DNA from: Polyangiales bacterium
Lineage (GTDB): Bacteria > Myxococcota_A > Polyangia > Polyangiales > Ga0077539
NCBI GenBank assembly: GCA_044229975.1
Contig: JBGARZ010000001.1
Coordinates: forward strand, 736,001-800,000
Length of the DNA: 64,000 nucleotides
Reading direction: 5' to 3'
Each line of letters begins with the position of its first letter. Positions within the stretch are counted from its first letter, which is position 1. Positions 9,576 to 19,026 of the stretch are shown one piece after another. Below the pieces are notes generated by a model. That model saw only the letters and a list, made by a program, of their open reading frames with translations. It searched no databases and was not told the DNA's origin. The position numbers and the translations under genes were made by a program.

Positions 9576-11018
9576 ATGCGTACCCTCCGAACACTCCCGC
9601 TCGTCGCCCTCCTCTCCCTCGCCGCCTCCTGTCAGGAGACGCTCCAGACGCCCTCCAATGACGCTGGTGGCGTCGCGCCCAACGACCTCGGGTCATCCAC
9701 CGACAGCGCGGCCATCGCCCCCGACGACAGCGGCGAGCCCGCGGCCGACGACCGAACGCCCCTCTCGTACACGCCGATGGGGTGCATGCACACCGTCCGG
9801 TCGCTCGAAGGCAGCGTCAACAACCGGCGCGGCGACACCACCACCTTCGGCCCGATGCCCGACCCCCGCTTCGTGCACACGACGTGGCCGGCCGAGCCCT
9901 CCAGCACCGTCGCGTTTCTCTGGCAGACCGACCGCACCACGCGCGCGACGGTGGTGCAGTACGGCACCGACCCGATGCGCCTCGATCAGACCGCCATCGG
10001 CAGCGTGAGCACCGGTGGTGGTGGCGCGGCGGCCGAGGTCACCATCCACGAGACCCACGTCTGCGGGCTCATGCCCGACACCACGTACCACTACCGCGTC
10101 GGCGGCGAAGGCCACTGGAGCGCGGTGCAGCGCTTCAAGACGGCACCCGCGCCCGGTCGCACGGACTACGACGTCAACTTCGCCGTCACGGGCGACTCGC
10201 GCGACAACTTCACCACCTGGCAGCAGGTGCAGGAGCGCGTGCTGATGGGCGCGCAGCCCCCCGACTTCCAGATCTTCAGCGGCGACGCCGTGCTGCTCGG
10301 AACGCTACAGGGCGCGTGGCGCCAGTGGTTCGCGGGCGCGTCGAGCACCATGGCGGTGATGCCCTTCGTGATGGTGCACGGCAACCACGACGCGCTGGCC
10401 ATCAACTACCTCATCCAGTTTGCGCAGCCGCAGGTGGAGTCGCCCGCGCAGAGCGAGCTGTACTTCTCCTTCGACTACGGCCCCGTGCACTTCGTGGTGC
10501 TCAACGACACGCCGCTCCGCAACGACTACTCGGGCGACGTCGCCGGGACGCAGCTCACCTGGCTGCGCGCCGACCTCGGTCGGGCCCGCGCCAACCGGGC
10601 GCGCGTTCCGTTCATCATCGTGTCGCACCACAAGCCGTGCTTCGGCTCGGCGCGGCACTCCTCCACCGAGGACACCGTCTTCGTGCGCACGACGTGGCCG
10701 CCGATCTTCGACGAGTACGGCGTCGACCTCGTCATCAACGGCCACGAGCACGACTTCGAGCTGAGCAAGGAGGTCGACGGCCTCGGCCAGGAGGTGAGCG
10801 GCCGCCGCGGAACGCGCTACGTCGTGGCAGCAGGCGCGGGCGCAGAGCTCTACACGCTCACCGACGGCACCGCGCGCTCGTGGTCGGCCTACTACGAGAG
10901 CGTGGTCAACCTGCTGCGCGTCCACGCGACGATGACCCGCCTGGAGATCACGCCGTATCGCCTCGACGGCACCGTCATCAACCAGGGTCGACTCACCTTC
11001 ACCCCGCGCGGCACCTGA
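9576..11018 (+). CDS. Purple acid phosphatase family metallophosphoesterase lipoprotein
   Basis: LAASC lipobox; FN3-like GLMPDTTYHYRVG; motifs TGDSR, SGDAV, GNHD, SHH and GHEH. Confidence 0.88.
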   Translation: MRTLRTLPLVALLSLAASCQETLQTPSNDAGGVAPNDLGSSTDSAAIAPDDSGEPAADDRTPLSYTPMGCMHTVRSLEGSVNNRRGDTTTFGPMPDPRFVHTTWPAEPSSTVAFLWQTDRTTRATVVQYGTDPMRLDQTAIGSVSTGGGGAAAEVTIHETHVCGLMPDTTYHYRVGGEGHWSAVQRFKTAPAPGRTDYDVNFAVTGDSRDNFTTWQQVQERVLMGAQPPDFQIFSGDAVLLGTLQGAWRQWFAGASSTMAVMPFVMVHGNHDALAINYLIQFAQPQVESPAQSELYFSFDYGPVHFVVLNDTPLRNDYSGDVAGTQLTWLRADLGRARANRARVPFIIVSHHKPCFGSARHSSTEDTVFVRTTWPPIFDEYGVDLVINGHEHDFELSKEVDGLGQEVSGRRGTRYVVAAGAGAELYTLTDGTARSWSAYYESVVNLLRVHATMTRLEITPYRLDGTVINQGRLTFTPRGT

Positions 11019-11071
11019 ACGCCCCGCCCGCGGTAGACGCGAGCGGGGGCGTTGACTAGATTCCGCGCCCC

Positions 11072-12277
11072 ATGGCCGAGCCCAGCCTGACGACCGAAGC
11101 CCTCCGCGCCGCCGCGGACGAGCTCTCGCAAACCCCCGACGACGACCGCATCCACCGCGTCGCCGAGGCCGTCACCGACGCCCTCGTCGATCAGGCGCAG
11201 CACCGCAACCCCGTGGTCTCGCCCTCCGTCGTCGACGCCCGCGTCGCCGCGCTCAAGCTCAAGCCCGAAGACGGTTCGACGAAGACCGGGCGGCCGCTGG
11301 AGATCGTTCGGGGCGGGGCGCGCAACGCGGCCGAGCGGGCCCTGCTCGCGAGCCTCGTGGCGTGGCACCTGGAGACGCTCCTGCAACGGCGCGACGGTGT
11401 TCACGCGGTGCGCTCGCTCGTCGGCGCGCTCGACTGGATGGAGTTTGTCGGCCACGTGCCGCCGTACACCGCCGCCCGCGAGACCCTCGACGCCGACGTC
11501 GTCGAACGCCTCGACGCCGTGCTCGACGGCGCCCCCATCGAGGCCGCCACGCCCGCCGCCACCGCGGCCGTGCGTGCGTTGCGCGGCAAGGCCCCAGCCC
11601 CCGTCGCGGGTGCGAGCGTGACGCGAGACGGATCGCGCGCGGAGTCCGTGTCCATCGCCGGCGAGCTGGAGGGTGAAGACCGCCCCGGCTGGCGTCGCCT
11701 GCTCTGGGCGATGCTGTGGGCGCGGCCCGCGCGCGCGGTGCTGCGGGTGGTGTTCTCGCTGCGGTCGCCGGTGACGGTGTCGCTCGACGGCGACGCGCTG
11801 CGGGTGCACGGGCACACCGAGCTCCTCGGGCGAACGCTGCGAACCTGGGACGAGCGCTTCCCGCTGTCGGGCATGGCGATGCTGCGACGCGAGGCGAGGT
11901 TTCCGATGCTGCCGGTGGCGGCGTCGGTGTTCGCGCTGGGCTTCGGGTCGGTGCTCGGGGCGCAGCGCGCCATCGAGGGGCTGCGCGCGCACTACTTCCC
12001 GCTCGTGGCCTTCGGGCTGATCGCGGTGTTCGGCGGCGTGCTCTTCGACTGGATCATGCGGGCGGTGTTTCCGGGCGTGACGGGTCACACGCGGCTCACC
12101 GTGCGGGGGCGCGACGGCCGCGGGGCGGTGCTCACGGCGCTGCCGCTGGGCGAGCTCGACGCGCTGATGGACGCGGTCGACTCACGGCTGCGCGGCAGCG
12201 GTGGCGGGGCGGCGGTGCTGTCGAACGAGACGGTGCGGGATGAGGTTCCGGCGCCGTCGCGACATCGCGCGGGGTAG
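11072..12277 (+). CDS. Hypothetical membrane protein
   Basis: 401-aa ORF filling the gap, with two C-terminal TM segments. Confidence 0.7.
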   Translation: MAEPSLTTEALRAAADELSQTPDDDRIHRVAEAVTDALVDQAQHRNPVVSPSVVDARVAALKLKPEDGSTKTGRPLEIVRGGARNAAERALLASLVAWHLETLLQRRDGVHAVRSLVGALDWMEFVGHVPPYTAARETLDADVVERLDAVLDGAPIEAATPAATAAVRALRGKAPAPVAGASVTRDGSRAESVSIAGELEGEDRPGWRRLLWAMLWARPARAVLRVVFSLRSPVTVSLDGDALRVHGHTELLGRTLRTWDERFPLSGMAMLRREARFPMLPVAASVFALGFGSVLGAQRAIEGLRAHYFPLVAFGLIAVFGGVLFDWIMRAVFPGVTGHTRLTVRGRDGRGAVLTALPLGELDALMDAVDSRLRGSGGGAAVLSNETVRDEVPAPSRHRAG

Positions 12278-12314
12278 TCGGCGGGGAGGGACGTGTCGGC
12301 GTCCCTGAGGAGTC

Positions 12315-12884
12315 TCAGGACTTCGGGGCGGACTCGCGCATCGCGTTGGCGGCCGCGATGCCGTCCGCGATGCTCTGGCGAATCGCCGCGAAGAGCGCGG
12401 GCAGCTTGCGGTAGCGGTCGGCCAGCGCCGGAACGCGATCGACCCGGTGCTCGAACTCACGGTTGACCTCGGAGAGGGCGACGTAGAGGTCGTGCGTGAG
12501 AATCTCCGCGCGCTCGGCGTGGAAGGCCTGGAGCCGCTCGATGCGGTGCGCGGCGTCGAGGGTGCGCCGGAGCTCGCCCATCACCCACCTGATCTTGGCC
12601 GGGTCGGGGCCGAGACCGCCAAAGTCGACGTCGTAGCGGGCGGCCTGGGAGACGACCTCCTCGCCCGCGAGCAGCGCCTCGGCGCGGACATCGGACGAGA
12701 GGCGGCGCAGACGACGACGACGCTCCTCGTGGGGGGTCGAACGCCAGCCCTCCGGGCACATGGGGAGCGCGGCGACGGCCACCGCGGGCGCCTTGCGGGT
12801 GCTGTCGATGGTGTCATCGAAGTCGATGACGCTCGCGGCGGTGGTGGTGGTCGAGGACGAAGAGCGAGAACGGCGGGTGGTCAT
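12315..12884 (-). CDS. Hypothetical alpha-helical protein
   Basis: ATG at 12884 (MTTRRSRS...) with RBS AAGGAG; helical, coiled-coil-like composition. Confidence 0.7.
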   Translation of the reverse strand: MTTRRSRSSSSTTTTAASVIDFDDTIDSTRKAPAVAVAALPMCPEGWRSTPHEERRRRLRRLSSDVRAEALLAGEEVVSQAARYDVDFGGLGPDPAKIRWVMGELRRTLDAAHRIERLQAFHAERAEILTHDLYVALSEVNREFEHRVDRVPALADRYRKLPALFAAIRQSIADGIAAANAMRESAPKS

Positions 12885-13048
12885 GGCGGTGCTCCTTCGA
12901 GACGGACTCCGACCGGCCCGGCGGCGGTGTGCTGCAACCATTGCAGCGACGACCGGCGACGGTGCCGACGTGTCACGCGCTGTTGTCGGAGGGCCGTTTC
13001 CGGAGGTTGCGAGGCGGCGACGATTTTGTTGGAGCGGTTGAGTTCGAG

Positions 13049-13199
13049 GCGGTTGGGCGTCGACCACGGCGCGGGTTGGAGTCGAGCGCGACCGAGCGGG
13101 AGTCGAGTGCGACGCGGGTGGGGGTCAACCTCGACCCGGGTAGGGGTTGAGCACGACCGGGTCGAGGTTGAGTCCGATCGGGTCGGGGTCGACCTCGAC
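13049..13199. repeat. Seven degenerate 21-22 nt tandem units, consensus about CGGGTNGGGGTYGASYNCGAC
   Basis: Units start at 13049, 13071, 13093, 13114, 13136, 13158 and 13179; intergenic. Confidence 0.75.
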
Positions 13200-13344
13200 C
13201 GCCCTGTCTGTGCAGCGACCCCCACCCCGCACCGTGGTCGCCTACCCCATGGGGCGGTCATTCGCCGCACCCCTTTGACCACCTACCTCCCCGTCGTCGC
13301 CCGCTTTCCCGCGCGGCACGCCATCTGCCAGTGCCGTCCCGCCA

Positions 13345-14520
13345 ATGACACCACCAGATGGGCCACGCCTCAGGCGCTGGCTCGGGACGCTTGCCTTCGG
13401 AGCGCTCTGCGCGACCGCCACCTGGGTCGCCCGTAGCCCCGCCCCGGCCTCCCCCACCTCCCACGCCGCGACCGCCGCGACGCCCCGCCAGGGACGCCCC
13501 GAGGGGGGCCCGCGCGTGCGCGTCTCGGAGGAGTTCACCCGCCGCTTCGGGGTGCAGACCGCGTGCATCACGCCGCGCGCCCTCGCCCCCGCGCTCGACC
13601 TCGTCGGCTCCGTCGACTTCGACCCCGACCATGTCGCCGACGTCGGCGCCCGCATCCGCGGCCGGGTCACGCGCGTCCTCGTCGGCGCCGGCGACCCCGT
13701 CGAGATCGGAACCCCCCTCGTCGAGATCGAGAGCGTCAGCCTCGGCGACGTGCAGGCATCCCGCGTCGCCGCCCAGGCCCAGGCCGCCGCGGCCCGCGCC
13801 CGCCTCACCCGCGAGACCGATCTCTTCCGCCAACGCCTCACCACCGCCCGCGCCGTCGAGGACGCCCGCGCCGACCTCGCCCGCTTCGAGGCCGAGGCCA
13901 CCGGCGCCTCCCAGCGCCTCGCCGCCATGGGCGCGAGCGGCAGCGCGGGCCGTCACGTCGTGCTGCGGGCCCCCATCGCGGGACGCGTCATCCGCCGCGA
14001 CGTCATCGTCGGCCAGACCATCGACGACACCAACAGCGTGATGCGCATCGCCGATCTCACCCGCGTCTGGGTGCTGCTCGACGCCTACGAGACCGACCTG
14101 CCGCGACTCCACGTCGGCGACCGCGCGGAGATCACCTCGCGCGCCACCGAGGAGGAGACCCTCACCGGAACCGTCAGCCACGTCGACGCCACCATCGACC
14201 TGCGCACCCGTGCGGCGCGCGTCCGCGTCGAGGTGGTGAGCCCCGAGCAGCGCCTGCGGCCGGGACAGTTCGTGACGGCGCGCGTCCGGACGGCCGCCGA
14301 CGGCGTGCGCCCCGTGCTCGCGGTCCCGCGCAGCGCGGTCGTGCAGATCGACGGGCGACCCGCCGTGTTCATCGAGCGCGCGACGCGCGAGTACGAGGCC
14401 GCGACCATCGCCCTGGGCGAGGCCGACGGGGACAACATCGCCGTCGAGCGCGGACTGCGCGAGGGCGACATGGTGGTGACCGACGGGGCCTTCGCGCTGA
14501 AGAGCGAGCTGTTCCGATGA
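13345..14520 (+). CDS. czcB: RND efflux periplasmic adaptor (CzcB/CusB family)
   Basis: GARIRGRVTRVLVGAGDPVEIG, LRAPIAGRVI, IADLTRVWV and LRPGQF; upstream of a CzcA-like gene. Confidence 0.85.
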   Translation: MTPPDGPRLRRWLGTLAFGALCATATWVARSPAPASPTSHAATAATPRQGRPEGGPRVRVSEEFTRRFGVQTACITPRALAPALDLVGSVDFDPDHVADVGARIRGRVTRVLVGAGDPVEIGTPLVEIESVSLGDVQASRVAAQAQAAAARARLTRETDLFRQRLTTARAVEDARADLARFEAEATGASQRLAAMGASGSAGRHVVLRAPIAGRVIRRDVIVGQTIDDTNSVMRIADLTRVWVLLDAYETDLPRLHVGDRAEITSRATEEETLTGTVSHVDATIDLRTRAARVRVEVVSPEQRLRPGQFVTARVRTAADGVRPVLAVPRSAVVQIDGRPAVFIERATREYEAATIALGEADGDNIAVERGLREGDMVVTDGAFALKSELFR

Positions 14521-14541
14521 CGGCGGGGAGCGCGTAGCCCG

Positions 14542-17500
14542 ATGCTCGACGCGATCGTTCAGGCTGCGATCCGGTTTCGCCTCGCCGTCCTCGGCGTGAC
14601 GGGGCTGGTGCTGGTGATCGGTGCCGTCGTGGCGAAGGGCCTGCCCATCGACGCGGTGCCCGACGTCACCAACGTGCAGGTGCAGGTGCTCACCGACTCG
14701 CCGGGGCTCTCGGCCGAGGAGGTCGAGCGCTACGTGACGCTGCCCGTGGAGACCGGCCTCAACGGTCTGCCCAACCTGAGCGAGATCCGCTCGGTGACCC
14801 GCGCCGGGCTCTCGGCCGTGACCATCGTCTTCGACGACCGGGTGGACGTGTGGTTCGCCCGCCAGCTCGTCTCCGAACGCCTCCGCAGCATCGAGGCCGA
14901 CGTCCCCGCGCAGTTTGGTCGGCCGGAGCTCGCGCCCGTGTCGACGGGCCTCGGGGAGATCTACCAGTTCGTGCTGCGCAGCGACCGGCACTCGCCGATG
15001 GACCTCCGCACCATGCTGGAGTGGGACGTCGCCCCGCGGCTGCGCAGCGTGCCCGGCGTCATCGAGGTCAACGCCCTCGGCGGCGCGCGCAAGCAGTACG
15101 AGGTGGTGCTCGACCCGCACCGCCTGGCCGCGCACCGCATCACCATCGGGAGGGTTCTCGATGTGCTCCAGCGCAACAACGCCAACGTCGGCGGCGGCTG
15201 GATCGAACGCGGCGCCGAGCAGTTCACCATCCGCGGCGAGGCTCAGCTAAGAGATGTAGCCGACCTCAGCGCCGTGGTCGTTTCCACCGACGCCGACGGG
15301 ACGCCCGTGCAGATTCGCCACCTGGGAGAAGCCCGCGTCGGCGCGGCGCTGCCGCAGGGAGTGGTGACGCAGGACGGTCGCGGCGAGGTGGTCAGCGGCA
15401 TCGTCATGATGCTGCTCGGGCAGAACTCCCGCACCGTCGTCCACAACGTCCACGACCGCATCGCGGAGATCCGCCGAACGCTCCCCTACGGAGTGCGCAT
15501 CGACGAGGTGTACGACCGCGCGCAGTTCATCGACCGCACGCTCTCGACGGTGGAGCACAACCTCATCGAAGGCGCCGTGCTGGTGCTGCTGGTGCTGCTG
15601 GTGCTGCTCGGCTCGATGCGCGGCAGCGTGCTGGTGACGCTGGGGATTCCCTTCGCGATGATCCTGGCGATCTTCGGGATGCGGGCGCTCGACGTGTCGG
15701 GCAACCTGATGTCCCTCGGCGCCATCGACTTCGGCTTCCTCGTCGACGGGCCCATCGTGATGCTGGAGGCCGCGCTCGCCCGCCTCGCGCTGCAAGACAT
15801 CACCCAGAAGAACTACCGCGACGCCGTCGCCGACGCCGTCCGGCGCGTGGCGCGCCCGGTGGTGTTCTCGGTGCTCATCATCCTGCTCGTGTACCTCCCG
15901 CTGCTGTCGCTGGAGGGGACCGAAGGCAAGATGTTCCGCCCCATGGCCACCACCATGGCGCTCGCGCTCGGCGGGTCGGTGGTGTTCGCGCTGGTGGTGT
16001 TTCCCGCGGGCGCGGTGACCTTCCTGCGCCCGCCGAAGAAGCCCGGGTCGCACGGCCTCCTGCACCGACTGGAACGACCGTACTCCCGCGCCGTGACCTG
16101 GGCCGTGAGGCAGCGCACCGCCCTCTTCATCGCGGCCATCGCGGGCCTCGCGCTCACCATGCCCATCGCGGCGGGGCTCGGCGCCGACTTCGTTCCGCGC
16201 ATCGACGAGGGCGACATCGTGGTGGCCATCCGCCGCATTCCGTCCATCGGTTTTGCCGAGGCGCGGCGGCTCGACCTCGCGACCGAGCGGGTGCTCGCGC
16301 GCTTCCCCGAGGTGGTCACGTCCCTCGCGATGACCGGCCGCGCCGAGGTGGCGACGGACCCCGTCGGCATGGACAACACCGACATCCTGGTGCACCTGCG
16401 GCCGCGTAGTCAGTGGCGCACGGCGCACGACCTCGACAGCCTCGGCGAGATCATGAAGACCGCCATCGAGCGGGAGGTCCCGTCGACCTTCGTGTCCATC
16501 TCGCAGCCCATCGAAGACCGCACCAACGAGCTCATCTCGGGCTCGCGCGCCGACGTGGCGATCCACCTCTTCGGCGAGGACCTCACCGTCATGAGCGACC
16601 TCGGCAACCGCATCGGCCAGCTCATGCGGGCGACGCCGGGCGCGGGCGACGTGCGCGTCGAGCGGGCGCTGGGCTTCCCGATGATGCAGGTGCGCGTCGA
16701 CCGGCAGCGGCTGGCGCGGCACGGCATCGCGGCGGACGACGTGCTCGCGGCCGTCGAGGCGACGCGGCAGGGTCGGCGCGTCGGAGTGATGTTCGAGGGG
16801 CGGCGCCGCTTCGACCTGCGGGTGCTGCTGCCGCCGTTTGGTCGCGGGACCTCGAGCGTCGAGTCGCTCCCGGTGGGTGACCCCGAGGGCGGACTCGTTC
16901 CGCTCGGTCAGGTGGCCGACGTGACGGAGGAAGACGGCCCCGCGCAGATCAGCCGCGAGGGCATGCAACGCCGGCTGCGCGTCGAGGTGAACATCCGCGG
17001 CCGCGACCTCGTGGGCTTCGTCGACGACGCCCGCGCGCGGGTCGAGCGGGAGGTGCGATTGCCTCCCGGCTACCGCGTGGAGTGGAGCGGTCAGTTCGAG
17101 AACTTCGCCCGCGCGCGCGACCGCCTGGCGGTGGTGGTGCCGGTGAGCCTCGGGCTCATCGTGGCGATGCTGTTCTGGATGTTCGGTGACGCACGGTACG
17201 CGCTGGCGGTGTTCTCGGGGGTGCCCTTCGCGCTCATCGGCGGCATCGTGGCGCTCAAGCTGCGCGGGATGTCCTTCAGCCTCCCGGCGGCCATCGGGTT
17301 CATCGCGCTGTGCGGCATCGCGGTGCTCAACGGCGTGGTGATGGCGAGCGAGATCCGTCGACGCGTGGACGAGGGCGCCGAGCCCGATCAGGCGCTCGTC
17401 GACGGGGCGGTGACGGTGCTGCAACCGCTGCTGCTGACGGCGCTGGTGGCGGCGCTGGGCTTCGCGCCGATGGCGCTGTCGACGTCCGCGGGCAGCGAGG

Positions 17501-17637
17501 TGCAGCGCCCGTTGGCGACGGTGGTCATCGGCGGGCTCGCGTCGAGCACGCTGCTGGGGGTGTTCCTGCTGCCGGCGCTGCTTCGGGCGATCGCGGTGCG
17601 GCCGAAGCCCGCCGAGCCTGAGGTTGCCGCGGAGTGA
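14542..17637 (+). CDS. czcA: Heavy-metal RND transporter (CzcA/CusA family)
   Basis: LPIDAVPDVTNVQVQV, NLMSLGAIDFGFLVDG, EGKMFRPMA and GSEVQRPLATVVIGG; 1031 aa. Confidence 0.93.
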   Translation: MLDAIVQAAIRFRLAVLGVTGLVLVIGAVVAKGLPIDAVPDVTNVQVQVLTDSPGLSAEEVERYVTLPVETGLNGLPNLSEIRSVTRAGLSAVTIVFDDRVDVWFARQLVSERLRSIEADVPAQFGRPELAPVSTGLGEIYQFVLRSDRHSPMDLRTMLEWDVAPRLRSVPGVIEVNALGGARKQYEVVLDPHRLAAHRITIGRVLDVLQRNNANVGGGWIERGAEQFTIRGEAQLRDVADLSAVVVSTDADGTPVQIRHLGEARVGAALPQGVVTQDGRGEVVSGIVMMLLGQNSRTVVHNVHDRIAEIRRTLPYGVRIDEVYDRAQFIDRTLSTVEHNLIEGAVLVLLVLLVLLGSMRGSVLVTLGIPFAMILAIFGMRALDVSGNLMSLGAIDFGFLVDGPIVMLEAALARLALQDITQKNYRDAVADAVRRVARPVVFSVLIILLVYLPLLSLEGTEGKMFRPMATTMALALGGSVVFALVVFPAGAVTFLRPPKKPGSHGLLHRLERPYSRAVTWAVRQRTALFIAAIAGLALTMPIAAGLGADFVPRIDEGDIVVAIRRIPSIGFAEARRLDLATERVLARFPEVVTSLAMTGRAEVATDPVGMDNTDILVHLRPRSQWRTAHDLDSLGEIMKTAIEREVPSTFVSISQPIEDRTNELISGSRADVAIHLFGEDLTVMSDLGNRIGQLMRATPGAGDVRVERALGFPMMQVRVDRQRLARHGIAADDVLAAVEATRQGRRVGVMFEGRRRFDLRVLLPPFGRGTSSVESLPVGDPEGGLVPLGQVADVTEEDGPAQISREGMQRRLRVEVNIRGRDLVGFVDDARARVEREVRLPPGYRVEWSGQFENFARARDRLAVVVPVSLGLIVAMLFWMFGDARYALAVFSGVPFALIGGIVALKLRGMSFSLPAAIGFIALCGIAVLNGVVMASEIRRRVDEGAEPDQALVDGAVTVLQPLLLTALVAALGFAPMALSTSAGSEVQRPLATVVIGGLASSTLLGVFLLPALLRAIAVRPKPAEPEVAAE

Positions 17638-17692
17638 CACTTCGCCGTGGCGACCGCGGATTGAAAACCCACGGCAGCCACGGCGCAGCGCC

Positions 17693-18988
17693 TTACTCCC
17701 CCATCGCCCGATCGAGCTCGATGCGCGCGAGCCACGCCTCTCGCAGCACCTCCAGCGCCCGCGCCGCCAGCTCCAGCCGCTCGCGCCGCGCCTCCTGCAC
17801 CCTGAACCACTCCAGGTTGCCCGCGGCCCACGTCACCTCGGCCTGCTGCTCCAGCCGCGACGCCGCCGGCAGCGCCCGCTGCTCCAGCACATCGAGCTCC
17901 GCGAGCGCGCCCTCCAGCCGACGCGCCGCGGCCTCTACCTCGCGCGACACCACCCGCTGAAGCATCCGGGCGTCCGCCCGCGACGCCGACGCCTCGGCCG
18001 ACGCCACCGCCCGCTCGCCCTGCGCCCGCCGCACCACCGGCAGCTCCCACCGCAGCGACATGCCGAGGGTGTTGGCCGTCTCCTGCGGACCCACCGCCAC
18101 CTGCTGCGCCTCCAGGCCCACCACGAGCGGCGCCACCGCCTCGCGCCCCTGCCGCACCCCGCGCGCTGACGCCTCCGCCGCCGTCGCCGTCGCCGCCCGA
18201 ACCTCTCCGCGCCGTCTCGCCGCCACGCCTGCCGCGTGCGCCGCACCCTCCGCCGAAGAGCCCGTCGGGCGCTCCAGCGCGGCCACGTCGAGGTGGCTGT
18301 GCGACGGCAGGTCGAGCGCCATCCGCAGCGCATCGCCCGCCTCCATCCGCATCCGCGTCGCCCGCAACAGGTCGGCCTCCGCCTCGGCCCGCTCGCGCTG
18401 GACCAGCCCCCGATCGAGCGCCGTCGACTCGCCCGCGTCGACCCGCGCCTGCATCCGCGTCTCGGCCTCCTGCGCCGACGCGAGCCGCGCCCGCTGGATC
18501 GCCTCCAGCGCCCGCGCGACCCCCACCGCCACCCACGCGTTGCGCGCCTCGGCCTCGGCGTGCGCCCGCTCGGCGTCGAGCCGCGCCGTCCCCGCGACCA
18601 CGGCCGCCTCGACCTCCCGCGACCGCGCGCGACCGACGCCCACGAGGTCGATGGGCAACCCCAGCGAGACCGCGTACGTGAGCGCCCCGTAGTCGGGCAG
18701 ACCGGGCAGCGCCATCACGCCGATGGTGGGGTTGCCAACCCGCGGGAGATCACCCAGCACCCGACCCGCCTGCGCCACCCGCAGCGCGTGCTCGGCGCGC
18801 CGCACCCGGTACGCCGCTCGTCGCGCGCGCGTTCGGACCTCGGCGTCCGTCCACACGGTCGGGGACTCTTCGTGGGCTGCCTCGGGCAACGGTTGTGCGG
18901 CAACGGACCGCAGGGGGCTCACGCTCGCCACACCGGTGATGAGCGCCATGAGCGGGCATAGGCGCCACCGGGACTTCTGTCTGTGCAT
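17693..18988 (-). CDS. TolC/CzcC-like outer-membrane efflux protein
   Basis: Signal-like N-terminus, two helical repeats with GESTALD and AGNLEWFRVQEARR, and SLRWELPV strands; converges on czcA. The start may be ATG 18949. Confidence 0.75.
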   Translation of the reverse strand: MHRQKSRWRLCPLMALITGVASVSPLRSVAAQPLPEAAHEESPTVWTDAEVRTRARRAAYRVRRAEHALRVAQAGRVLGDLPRVGNPTIGVMALPGLPDYGALTYAVSLGLPIDLVGVGRARSREVEAAVVAGTARLDAERAHAEAEARNAWVAVGVARALEAIQRARLASAQEAETRMQARVDAGESTALDRGLVQRERAEAEADLLRATRMRMEAGDALRMALDLPSHSHLDVAALERPTGSSAEGAAHAAGVAARRRGEVRAATATAAEASARGVRQGREAVAPLVVGLEAQQVAVGPQETANTLGMSLRWELPVVRRAQGERAVASAEASASRADARMLQRVVSREVEAAARRLEGALAELDVLEQRALPAASRLEQQAEVTWAAGNLEWFRVQEARRERLELAARALEVLREAWLARIELDRAMGE

Positions 18989-19026
18989 TGGGCGGTCGCG
19001 TCAGCGAGACGCGTGCCGACCCCGGC

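Noticed and set aside
13049..13199. CRISPR array
   Set aside because: Units are contiguous and degenerate with no unique spacers; no cas genes in the window.
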